Source of the DNA: Nannocystis radixulma | GTDB taxonomy: Bacteria; Myxococcota_A; Polyangia; Nannocystales; Nannocystaceae | Assembly (NCBI RefSeq): GCF_028369095.1 | Contig: NZ_JAQNDN010000024.1 | Span: 693,253-757,252, forward strand | DNA length: 64,000 nucleotides | Direction: 5' to 3' | In this document: piece by piece, positions 31,701-37,497 of the stretch | Position numbering within the stretch: the first letter of the stretch is position 1 | Layout: each line of letters begins with the position of its first letter | Translations under genes and position numbers: made by a program | Notes under the pieces: model-generated | What the model was told of the DNA's origin: nothing | The model's input: the letters and a program-made list of their open reading frames with translations, nothing else | Database searches by the model: none

Positions 31701-34700
31701 CTGCAGCGCCCCGGCCACCAGCGCGGGCGACAGCGCGGACGACGGCGTCCACATACAGGCCTGATTGAAGTGGTGCGCCTCTTCGGGGTTCGTGCCCAGG
31801 AACCACTGCTGGCTCGGCGTCAGCAAGGCCGCGCCGGTCACCGCCTGCTCGGCCACGGCTGCGCTCGATCTGCGCGCCACCTGCACCAGCTCCGCGACCG
31901 TCTGGTGCATGAACATGTCGCGCACCGTCACGTGCAAGCCGGCTCGCTTGGCCCGCCCGACCACCTGGATCGCCAGGATCGAATCTCCGCCCAGCGAGAA
32001 GAAGTTGTCGTGGATCCCCACCGACGAGGCGCGCAGCACCTCCGACCACACCTCCGCGAGCGCTCGCTCCGCTTCCGTGCGTGGCGCGGCGTACGAGGTC
32101 TCCGCGGCCTGCCGCGTGTCTTTTGGAACAGGCAGGGCCTTGCGATCGACCTTGCCGTTGGCGGACAGCGGCAGCGCGTCGAGGAAGACGAACGCCGACG
32201 GGAGCATGTAGTCGGGCAGGTCGCGTCGCAGGTGCTCGCGCAGCGAGCCCACGGTGAGCGCGCCATCCTTCGCCACCACGTAGGCGACGAGGCGCGGGCT
32301 CCCCGGGGTGTCCTCTCGCGCGACGACGACGCACGACGCCACCGCGGCGTGTGACGAGAGGGCCGCCTCGACCTCGCCGAGCTCGACACGGAAGCCGCGG
32401 ATCTTGACCTGATGATCGGCGCGGCCGAGGAACTCGAGCTCGCCGTCCTCGTTCCAGCGCGCGAGATCGCCGGTGCAATACATGCGGGCGCCGGGCTCCT
32501 TCGCGAAGGGGTCCGGCACGAATCGCTCGGCCGTCATGGCGGGCCGACTCAAATAACCGCGCGCCAGGCCGACGCCGGCGAGGTGGATCTCACCGGGCAT
32601 GCCGATGGGGACCTGCCGCTTCGCGGCGTCGAGCAGGTAGAGGCGAACCCCATGAATGGGCCGGCCGATCGAGAACCGCTCCGGGCGCGACGGATCGAAC
32701 CAGGCCTGCGCGGCGAAGATGCTGAATTCGGTGGGGCCATAGGAATTGAGGACCTGACGGCCCTTGGCCCACTGAGCCACGAGTGCGGGCGGCGTGCTGT
32801 CGCCGGCGAGGGTGATGTGGCGCAGCGCCGGGGCGCGGCAGCGGAGCGCGCGCAACATCGCGGGCGGGATGAACGAGAAGGTGATGGCGCGGTGTTCGAG
32901 GCACTCGGCGATGCCCTCGACGGCGTCGTAGGCGTTGCTGGGCAACACGCAGGTGGCGCCGTTGCACAGCGAGAGCATCCAATCGACGATCGCGCCGTCG
33001 AAGGCGACCGCGGCGCTGAAGAGGATGCGATCGCTGGGATGGACGACGATGTGCTGGCGCTGGAACGCGACGCGGGCGGCGAGCCCGCGATGCTCGTTGA
33101 TCACGGGCTTGGGCTTGCCCGTCGAGCCCGAGGTGAACACGACGTAGTTCGCGTGCTCGAGCGTCACGCCGCTCGCGGGCGGCGTGATGGGTTGCGAAGC
33201 CCACTGCGCCACATCGACGTCGAGCCGCACCACCGTCACGCCCGGCGCCGAGAGCCCGACGTCCGCGTGCGTCAGCAGCACCGGCGCCTCGGCCTCGGTC
33301 AGCAGCAGCGAGAGCCTGTCCGGCGGAGACGACGGGTCGAGCGGCACGAACGCGCCTCCCGCCTTCAGGATCGCGGCCAGACCCACCACCATGTCGAAGG
33401 ACCGCTCGACACAAAGGGCCACGCGGACCTCGGGCCCGACGCCGAGCGTGCGCAGGTGGTGCGCGAGCTGGTTGGCCTGCGCCTCGAATTCCCCGTAGCT
33501 CAGCTGCTGCCCGTCCTGCTCGAGCGCGACGGCCTGCGGTGCCCTGACCGCCTGCTCGGCGATCAATTCGTGGATGCACCGGGCGGCAGGATCGATCGGC
33601 GGCGTGTCGTTCCACGCCGTGAGCTTCTCGGTCTCCTCGTCGGTCAGCAGCTCCAACTGCGACACCCGCCTGTCCGGGTGCGCAGCCGCGTCAATCACCA
33701 GAGTCTGCAAATGCCCGCACAGGCGCTCCGCCGCCGTTCGCGACACGCGCGTCGTGTCGTACAGGACCTCGACGACGGTCCCCTCGACCGTGTGCTGCAC
33801 GGTCACGGCCAGCGCGTTCTTGGCGGTCGTCACGCCCTGCGGCACCGCCCCGAGCCGCGGTGACCAGCCGGCCGCTGCCGTCGGCGGCGTCACCTCGAAG
33901 AAGGTCACGTCGAACAGCGGATTCTCGCCGGCCTGCCGCGACAGCCCCTGATCCTGCACGACGACGTCGAACGGCAGCGCCTGATGCTCATAGGCATCGA
34001 GGGCAGTCCGCCGCGCCCGCGCGAGCAGCTCGTCGAACGTCGGATCGCCCGAGAGGTCGGTCCGCAGCACGACGGTGTTGGTGAAGAACCCCAGCATCGC
34101 CTCGGTCCCGACGATCTGGCGATTCGCGACCACCGCGCCGAGCCCGAAGTCCTGCTGGCCGCTGTACCGCGACAGCACCGCCGTGAGGGCGGCATACCAG
34201 GCCATGAAAGGGGTCGCGGCATGTTCGTGGGCGAGCGCCTGCAGTTGGCGGCTCGTCTCCGGCGATAGCCGGAGCGAGACGTGCCCTTCGGGTCCCGAGA
34301 CCGCTCCCGCAGCGGGAGCGACGATCGAGAGGTCGAGCCGCGGTACGTCGGAGAGGGCCTCCTTCCAGTGGGCCCGAGACGCCGCGAGCCCGTCGCCCGC
34401 GAGCGCCGACCGCTCTGCGTGCGCATAATCCGAGTACTGGTAGGCGAGGGCAGGCAGAGCGAGCGTCTCCCCGCGGCACGACGCTTCGTACAGCGACGAG
34501 AGCTCCGCGAGCAGCAGCCCCCAGGACCACTCGTCGGTGATGATGTGGTGCTGATGCACGACGACGACGTGCCGGTCCTCGGCTGTCTTTACGGCCAGGA
34601 CACGGGTCAGCGGCCCACGCTCCAGGTCGAAGCGGCCCTTCACCTCCGCGGCGAGCATCGCCTGCAACGCCGCATCGCGCTCCGCGGCGGGCAGCGACGA

Positions 34701-36959
34701 GACGTCCTCCACGCGGATCGGGATCTGCACGTCGTCGGACACTTCTCGCCGCGGCGTGCCGTCCACCTCCGGATAGGTCGTGCGAAGGATCTGGTGGCGC
34801 AATGCCAGCGCGCGCACGCTCGCCTCGAGCGCCGGAGCAGAGAGCGCGGACGCCACCTCGAACACGTGCGGGATCTGGTACGACCTCGCCTGGGGCGACA
34901 GCTTTTCAAGGAACCAGATCCGCCGCTCCGTGCCCGACAGGCCCACGAACGGCGCCTCGCCGTCCGCTCGCGGCGAGAGGCCGATCTGCGGCCGCTCCGC
35001 TCTCGTGTCCCAGAGAGCCGCCAGCGCCTCGATCGTCGGATTGCGAAACAGCGCGGCCAGGCTCGGCGCGCCCCCGAGTTGCGCCTGGATGGCGGATACG
35101 ACGCGAAAGGCGAGGAGCGAATGACCACCCAGCAGAAAGAAATTGTCGCTGACGCCGATGGGGCGGACCTCGAGCAGCTCTTCCCAGATGGCCACGAGGG
35201 CGCGCTCGACGTCGGTCCGCGGGGCCACGTAGGTCTCTGCCGAACCGCGGGTCGTTTCGGGGGAGGGCAGGGCCTTGCGATCGACCTTGCCGTTGGGGTT
35301 CAGCGGCAGGGCGTCGAGGCAGACGAACGCCGAGGGGACCATGTACTCGGGCACCCTCGCGCCGAGCCACGTTCGCAGCTCGTTCGCAGTGGCGTCGTCG
35401 CCGACCACGTAGGCCACCAGCCGCTTGTCGCCGGCCGCGTCTTCCCGGGCCACGACCACGCAGTCGCGCACCGAAGGGTACGCCGCGAGTGCGGCCTCGA
35501 TCTCGCCGAGCTCGATGCGGAAGCCGCGGATCTTGACCTGGTGGTCGATGCGGCCGAGGAACTCGAGCGCGCCGTCGTTGCGAAAGCGCGCCAGGTCGCC
35601 GGTGCGATACATGCGTGCGCCGGACTCGGGCGCGAACGGATCGGGCACGAATCGCTCTGCCGTCAGCCCGGGGCGGCCGAGGTAGCCGCGTGCGAGCTGC
35701 ACACCCGCCAGATACAGCTCTCCGGCGACGCCGACGGGGACGGGGCGAAATGCCGCGTCGAGCACGTAGGTGCGGGTGTTGTCGATCGGCCGTCCGATCG
35801 GCACCGGCCCCGTCTCCTCGGCCCGGCAGGCGTGGCTCGTCACGTCGATCGCGGCTTCGGTCGGACCGTAGAGGTTGTGGAGCTCGCCGCGGCTGCCCGC
35901 ATACCAGGCCGCCCGCAATTGCCCCGACAACGCCTCGCCGCTGGCGAAGACGTGGCGCAGCGACGCGCGCTCCCGCGGCTCCGTCGCCGCCAGGAACACG
36001 CCGAGCATCGACGGTACGAAATGCGCCACGGTGACGCCGCGTGCCGCGATGAGGGCCGCGAGGTAGCGCGGGTCCTTGTGTCCCTCGGGCGCGGCGATCA
36101 CCATGCGGGCGCCCTCGAGCAGCGGCCACCACAGCTCCCAGCCGGACACGTCGAACGACAGCGGCGTCTTCTGCAGGATCGCGTCGCTCGCGTTGAGGCC
36201 GTAGGCCCGCTGCATCCAGCGCAGGCGGTTGTAGAGCCCGCGATGGGTGTTGAGCACGCCCTTGGGCCGCCCCGTCGAGCCCGACGTGTAGATGACGTAG
36301 ATCGCGTGATCCGGGCCGACGTGGACCGCAGGGGACGTACGCGGCAGGTGCTGCCACGCGGGCGCATCGAGATGCACGACCTCCACCTCGTGCGCCGGAA
36401 GGCTGTCACGCAGGCGTTCCTGTGTGAGCAGCACGGCGGGCCGTGCGTCCGTCAGCATGAAGGCCAGGCGCTCGCGCGGATAGGTGGGGTCGAGCGGCAC
36501 GTAGGCGCCGCCCGCCTTGAGGATCGCCAGCAGCCCCACGAGCATCTCGAGCGACCGCTCGACGCACAGCCCGACCAGCACCTCCGGCCCCACGCCCAGC
36601 CCGCGGAGATGATGGGCCAGCTGGTTCGAGCGCTCGTCGAGCTCGCGGTACGTCAGCTGCTGGTCGCCGAACACCAGCGCCACGGTGTCCGGCGTCCGCG
36701 CGGCCTGGTCCGCGAACAACTCGTGGATGCACCTCGCCGGGGGATACGCCACCGCCGTGTCGTTCCACACCGCGAGCTGACGCAGCTCGTCCGAGGCGAG
36801 CAGCGGCAGGTGCCCGATCGGGCTGTTCGAACCGGCCACGGCGGCCCAGAGGAGCACCTCCCCAGCGTCGGGGCTGCCTGCATCCTGCTGCGCCGCGACA
36901 TTCTGCTCCGACCTCGGCTCGATCCCCCGAACGTCCCGGCTCTCGTCGTGCATGCTCAT
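19701..36959 (-). CDS. Non-ribosomal peptide synthetase, 5 modules, 5752 aa: A-T | C-A-T-E | C-A-T | C-A-T | C-A-T-E, with no TE domain
   Basis: Five A domains carry the motif series LTYxEL, SGSTGxPKG, FDxS, NxYGPTE, GELxIGG, YRTGDL, GRxDxQVKIRGxRIELGEIE and NGKVDRKAL. Five T domains are present (LGGHSL x3, LGGDSI x2). Four C domains have HHxxxDxWS; three read HHIITDEWS (LCL-type) and one, after the E domain, reads HHILADGWS (DCL-type). Two E domains start PLTP(S/I)QxWF and carry HHLVVDGVSW or HHLITDGLSW. Stachelhaus-style codes by hand alignment to GrsA: A1 and A3 give DVWHFSLIDK (Ser); A2 and A4 give DGVFTASIFK (unassigned, nearest to Tyr-like DGTITAEVAK); A5 gives DILQLGVIWK (Gly). An AGGAA RBS lies upstream of the start at 36959. 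Confidence 0.95.
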   Translation of the reverse strand: MSMHDESRDVRGIEPRSEQNVAAQQDAGSPDAGEVLLWAAVAGSNSPIGHLPLLASDELRQLAVWNDTAVAYPPARCIHELFADQAARTPDTVALVFGDQQLTYRELDERSNQLAHHLRGLGVGPEVLVGLCVERSLEMLVGLLAILKAGGAYVPLDPTYPRERLAFMLTDARPAVLLTQERLRDSLPAHEVEVVHLDAPAWQHLPRTSPAVHVGPDHAIYVIYTSGSTGRPKGVLNTHRGLYNRLRWMQRAYGLNASDAILQKTPLSFDVSGWELWWPLLEGARMVIAAPEGHKDPRYLAALIAARGVTVAHFVPSMLGVFLAATEPRERASLRHVFASGEALSGQLRAAWYAGSRGELHNLYGPTEAAIDVTSHACRAEETGPVPIGRPIDNTRTYVLDAAFRPVPVGVAGELYLAGVQLARGYLGRPGLTAERFVPDPFAPESGARMYRTGDLARFRNDGALEFLGRIDHQVKIRGFRIELGEIEAALAAYPSVRDCVVVAREDAAGDKRLVAYVVGDDATANELRTWLGARVPEYMVPSAFVCLDALPLNPNGKVDRKALPSPETTRGSAETYVAPRTDVERALVAIWEELLEVRPIGVSDNFFLLGGHSLLAFRVVSAIQAQLGGAPSLAALFRNPTIEALAALWDTRAERPQIGLSPRADGEAPFVGLSGTERRIWFLEKLSPQARSYQIPHVFEVASALSAPALEASVRALALRHQILRTTYPEVDGTPRREVSDDVQIPIRVEDVSSLPAAERDAALQAMLAAEVKGRFDLERGPLTRVLAVKTAEDRHVVVVHQHHIITDEWSWGLLLAELSSLYEASCRGETLALPALAYQYSDYAHAERSALAGDGLAASRAHWKEALSDVPRLDLSIVAPAAGAVSGPEGHVSLRLSPETSRQLQALAHEHAATPFMAWYAALTAVLSRYSGQQDFGLGAVVANRQIVGTEAMLGFFTNTVVLRTDLSGDPTFDELLARARRTALDAYEHQALPFDVVVQDQGLSRQAGENPLFDVTFFEVTPPTAAAGWSPRLGAVPQGVTTAKNALAVTVQHTVEGTVVEVLYDTTRVSRTAAERLCGHLQTLVIDAAAHPDRRVSQLELLTDEETEKLTAWNDTPPIDPAARCIHELIAEQAVRAPQAVALEQDGQQLSYGEFEAQANQLAHHLRTLGVGPEVRVALCVERSFDMVVGLAAILKAGGAFVPLDPSSPPDRLSLLLTEAEAPVLLTHADVGLSAPGVTVVRLDVDVAQWASQPITPPASGVTLEHANYVVFTSGSTGKPKPVINEHRGLAARVAFQRQHIVVHPSDRILFSAAVAFDGAIVDWMLSLCNGATCVLPSNAYDAVEGIAECLEHRAITFSFIPPAMLRALRCRAPALRHITLAGDSTPPALVAQWAKGRQVLNSYGPTEFSIFAAQAWFDPSRPERFSIGRPIHGVRLYLLDAAKRQVPIGMPGEIHLAGVGLARGYLSRPAMTAERFVPDPFAKEPGARMYCTGDLARWNEDGELEFLGRADHQVKIRGFRVELGEVEAALSSHAAVASCVVVAREDTPGSPRLVAYVVAKDGALTVGSLREHLRRDLPDYMLPSAFVFLDALPLSANGKVDRKALPVPKDTRQAAETSYAAPRTEAERALAEVWSEVLRASSVGIHDNFFSLGGDSILAIQVVGRAKRAGLHVTVRDMFMHQTVAELVQVARRSSAAVAEQAVTGAALLTPSQQWFLGTNPEEAHHFNQACMWTPSSALSPALVAGALQVVLRQHDALRLRYDHTESGWVQSHAEEVALPLERMDLSTVPPDVRRAAVEVSADALQSGLSLSAGPVARAAWLDLGEEGARLLLVVHHLVVDGVSWRILHEDLERACEALLAGRTPELAAKTTSFRQWSERLHAFVAAGGLSQELGFWRAQCARGITPLPRDHEAAPGTVGDSRTVDVELSEAETRALLHDVSAAYRTEINDVLLSALAAALSGFCTTDTVCVTLEGHGRETLIEDVDVSRTVGWFTSMFPVWLTVPGTDDPAALLKGVKEQLRSVPNRGFGYGWLRYAHPDEAVRAALAVDPPVVFNYLGQFDMEAQGRGMLGPAAESTGRTTSSRMELWHALAVNGGVWQGRLRFEWTYSSATHDSATVERLAARFVASLRRLIAHCTSSEAFGYTPSDFPLARLGQQALDGLFAASRDVESVYPLSPLQAGLLFHALNEPDSPTYTVQLALQLGGDVDAAALESAWKTVLARHAVYRTSFLWQGVPEPLQVVRRSVAFAMPTHDWSALDAVEAEARWEALRREERAAGFDFGRAPLARVVLVRMPGGRTWMLKTTHHILADGWSMPVVLGELQAAYAAHRGGRPLALPEPVAYERYIAWLATRDHRASSAFFAEYLDGVEEPTRLPFPPPAEATREHAQRDTSLTAAETEAVTAFARRHGLTLNTVVQGALAQILGRITGRTDVVFGMTTAGRSAPIRGIERMVGLFINTLPLRARWSGSEGVVEWLQRLQAEQVELRVHEATPLYEVQRASAVGGGRALFDTLLVFENYPVDEAAQQAEVLPIENFQAFEQTSYPLAITVAAGTTIDLRWMWEPAALRGEDVERLWGHLRTVLLDMVAHPDRRLAELGLLTAAELRQLAAWNDTAVAYPPARCIHELFEEQVARTPDAVALVFGEKQLTYRELDERSNQLAHHLRGLGVGPEVLVGLCVERSLEMLVGLLAILKAGGAYVPLDPSYPRERLAFMLTDARPAVLLTQARLQDGLPAHAVVTVLLDAPAWQHLPRTSPAVHVGPDHAIYVIYTSGSTGRPKGVLNTHRGLYNRLRWMQRAYGLNASDAILQKTPLSFDVSGWELWWPLLEGARMVIAAPEGHKDPRYLAALIAARGVTVAHFVPSMLGVFLAATEPQERGSLRHVFASGEALSGQLREAWYAGSRGALHNLYGPTEAAIDVTSHACRPEETGPVPIGRPIDNTRTYVLDAAFRPVPVGVAGELYLSGVQLARGYLGRPGLTAERFVPDPFSPESGARMYRTGDLARFRDDGALEFLGRIDHQVKIRGFRIELGEIEAALAAHPSVRDCVVVAREDATGDKRLVAYVVGDDATANELRAWLGARVPEYMVPSAYVCLDALPLNPNGKVDRKALPSPEATRGADETFVAPRTDVERALVAIWEELLEVHPIGMDDDFFALGGHSLLAVRVVSAVKARLGLGLTLATLLQRPTVAALATLLAEIETRPAPVAALSPSPRGAAEPAYDGLSGTERRIWFVDKLAPEARSYQVPHVFVVRGTLSEPALRESVKRLAERQEILRTTYPEVDGVLTRRVADSVSIPLRLEDVSALSQSAREFALRAHLEAEIAVPFELASGPLTRVLVVRLEAEHHVVLVLQHHIITDEWSSGVLLSELSRLYEACCRGEAAELPALSYQFADHARAEQEALTTGGFAASRAYWKDRLAGAPRLELPIVRTAPGRGPEASVALGVPLEASRALQALARDHGCTPFMAWYAALTAVLSRYSGQQDFGLGAVIANREAPGTADLLGFFTNTVVLRTDLSGDPTFGELLARARRTALEAYEHQALPFDVVVQDQGLSRQAGENPLFDVTFFEVTPPTTDAAAGWSPLLDAVPQGLATAKNALAVSVQHAAEGTVVEVLYDTTRVSRTAAERLCGHLKTLVTDAAAHPDRRVSQLDLLTDEETEKLAAWNDTPRTDPAARCIHELIAEQAARAPQAVALEQDGQQLSYGECEAQANRLAHHLRTLGVGPEVRVALCVERSFDMVVGLVAILKAGGAFVPLDPSSPPDRLSLLLAEAEAPVLLTHADVRLSAPGVTVVRLDADAAQWASQPITPPVSGVTLEHANYVVFTSGSTGKPKPVINEHRGLAARVAFQRQHIVVHPSDRILLSAAIAFDGAIVDWMLSLCNGATCVLPSNAYDAVEGIAECLEHRAITFSFIPPAMLRVLRCRAPALRHITLAGDSTPPSLVAQWAEGRQVLNSYGPTEFSIFAAQAWFDPSRPERFSIGRPIHGVRLYLLDAAKRQVPIGMPGEIHLAGVGLARGYLNRPAMTAERFVPDPFAKEPGARMYCTGDLARWNEDGELEFLGRADHQVKIRGFRVELGEIEAALSSHAAVASCVVVAREDTPGNNRLVAYVVAKDSALAAAVLREHLRSDLPDYMIPSAFVFLDALPLSANGKVDRKALPSPEATRGADETFMAPRTEVERALVAIWEELLEVRPIGIDDDFFALGGHSLLAVRVASAVKTRLGLGLTLATLLQRPTVAALAALLAETETRPAPALSPSPRGAAEPAYDALSGTERRIWFVDKLSPEARSYQVPHVFVVRGALSEPALRQSVKQLAERQEILRTTYPEVDGVLTRRVADSVSIPLRVEDVSALSEAAREAALRAHLEAEIAARFDLATGPLTRVLVVRLEAEHHVVLVLQHHIITDEWSSGVLLSELSRLYEACCRGEAAELPALAYQLADHARAEQEALTTGGFAASRAYWKDKLARVPRLELPIVRAAPARGPGVEASVALRVPLTASRGLQALARAHGCTPFMAWYAALTAVLSRYSGQQDFGIGAVIANREVPGTADLLGFFTNTVVLRTDLSGDPTFGELLARARRTALETYEHQALPFDVVVQDQGLSRQAGENPLFDVTFFEVTPPTTRAVAGWSPLLDGVPTGVVTAKQALALGVLHDAEGTEFSLTYDTSRVDAGAVERLGRHLQVLVQDGVLHPDKRLSQLDLLTAAEQAKLAAWNDTAAAYPADRCIHELFEAQARRTPAAVALVFGEQQLTYQELDERSNQLAHHLRGLGVGPEVLVALCVERSLEMVVGLLGILKAGGAYVPLDPSYPQERLAFMLTDARPAVLLTQARLRDSLPPHEFVTAHLDAGAPVWQQPRTSLAVAVGPDHASYVLYTSGSTGRPKGVQILHAALTNLLHSFAEQTRIGPRDALLAVTSMSFDIAGLELFMPLIRGAAIHLASRDDASNGEALVSALDRATMMQATPATWRMVLDAGWTGERPLQVLCGGEAMTPDLAVELARRASPVWNVYGPTETTIWSALSRVDSGRSPVRLGRGIANTQLHVVDKNLRPTPVGIPGELYIGGDGLARGYLGRPALTAERFVPDPFSAVPGARMYRTGDLVRWDANGALEFLGRIDHQVKIRGFRIELGEIEAVLSSHPCVRACAVVVWEPAPGDRRLVAYVVPGDSGCTDDALREHLGAALPTYMVPSLFVRLTALPLSPSGKVDRKALPPPDATRDAVETSCVAPRTEVERVLAELWSAVLQRSPLGIHDNFFSLGGDSILAIQVIGRAKRAGLHLTARDMFTHQTVAELALVVRRDSAVLAEQEAVRGTVPLTPIQHWFLDGDPVDAHHYCPAMRWTPPPALSPEIAAEALRIVAEQHDAVRLRYRRSGSGWVQEHEAGATIVLERVDLSALDRPARDAAAAEAVARLQRGMNLSSGPICRAAWLDLGEGGAQLVLVLHHLITDGLSWRIVCEDLQHTCDALLAGRTPQLGPKTTSLRQWSERLHAFIAGGGLSQELEYWQAQCARRMTPIVRDRDGAPGTFGDSRTVEVELAPADTSALLRAVGSTQGTEIDAVLLSALASALSGASGTDTVCVALQHHGREPVVADLDVSRTMGWFSSLFPLWLSVLPGCDPAVLLKDVKEQLRSVPGRGLGYGWLRYAHPDANVRASLSVPMPVVFNYLGQYEAGSPWSFDGTGHTSISPNMALYHELVVSCIVVDGRLRLGWSFSSAVHETSTIERLAEAFLSSLRRLIATEDTSWN
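24371..36842. repeat. Two ~4.8-kb near-identical direct repeats inside the NRPS gene, plus a third partial copy of the C domain
   Basis: A1-T1-C2-A2 (about 32040-36842) and A3-T3-C4-A4 (about 24371-29174) are ~96% identical at protein level. Duplicated six-frame ORFs recur at a 7665-7671-nt offset, for example 32549 vs 24878 and 33905 vs 26240. C5 repeats C4 at a 3147-nt offset (23093 vs 26240). Confidence 0.85.
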
Positions 36960-37292
36960 GCTAATTCCTGATCGATTCCCCTGGCGTCCATCCGCGCGCA
37001 GGTCGTACCGAGCGTCGTGCCGATCACGGGAGCACCATGCCCGTGCCCGAGGGTTGACCCTGGATCCACCGGCCCTTCGTGATCGACTTCGGCAACCTCG
37101 TCTCCCTCACCCTCGAGTGCGATGGCGGTGCCGCCGTCGCTGACGCCCTGCAGTGGTCCGGAGCTTGCCGTCATCGAGGGAAACCGCGTTCACATTCGGC
37201 TCGTCTTCGAAGAGAGAAAAGACATCATCGGAAATGGCGGATTGATCGGGGGAAATGAACGCGCCGTGGTGCTGACGTCATCGAGCGGTGGG

Positions 37293-37324
37293 TGGGCGCC
37301 CAGTGGGCGCCCAATGGGCGCCCG
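37293..37324. promoter_or_regulatory. Triple tandem 10-bp palindrome TGGGCGCCCA (operator-like) upstream of the NRPS operon
   Basis: gGTGGGCGCCCAgTGGGCGCCCAaTGGGCGCCCgA. Two copies are perfect palindromes and one is 9/10, spaced 11 bp centre to centre. The site lies ~335 nt upstream of the NRPS ATG and ~175 nt downstream of the oxidase stop. Confidence 0.4.
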
Positions 37325-37497
37325 ACTGAGCAGTGTAGAGTGCGATTGCACGCATGCTCACGTGCGTCGGCGAGCACATTGACTGCCCGTCAGCGCTCCA
37401 CGGCTCGCCACGGGCATTCAACGCAGTGGTCGAGGACGCCGAAGGTCATGGCGGAACGTTCCGGGCGAGCGGTCCTCCGCGGAGGGAAGGAGACTCG

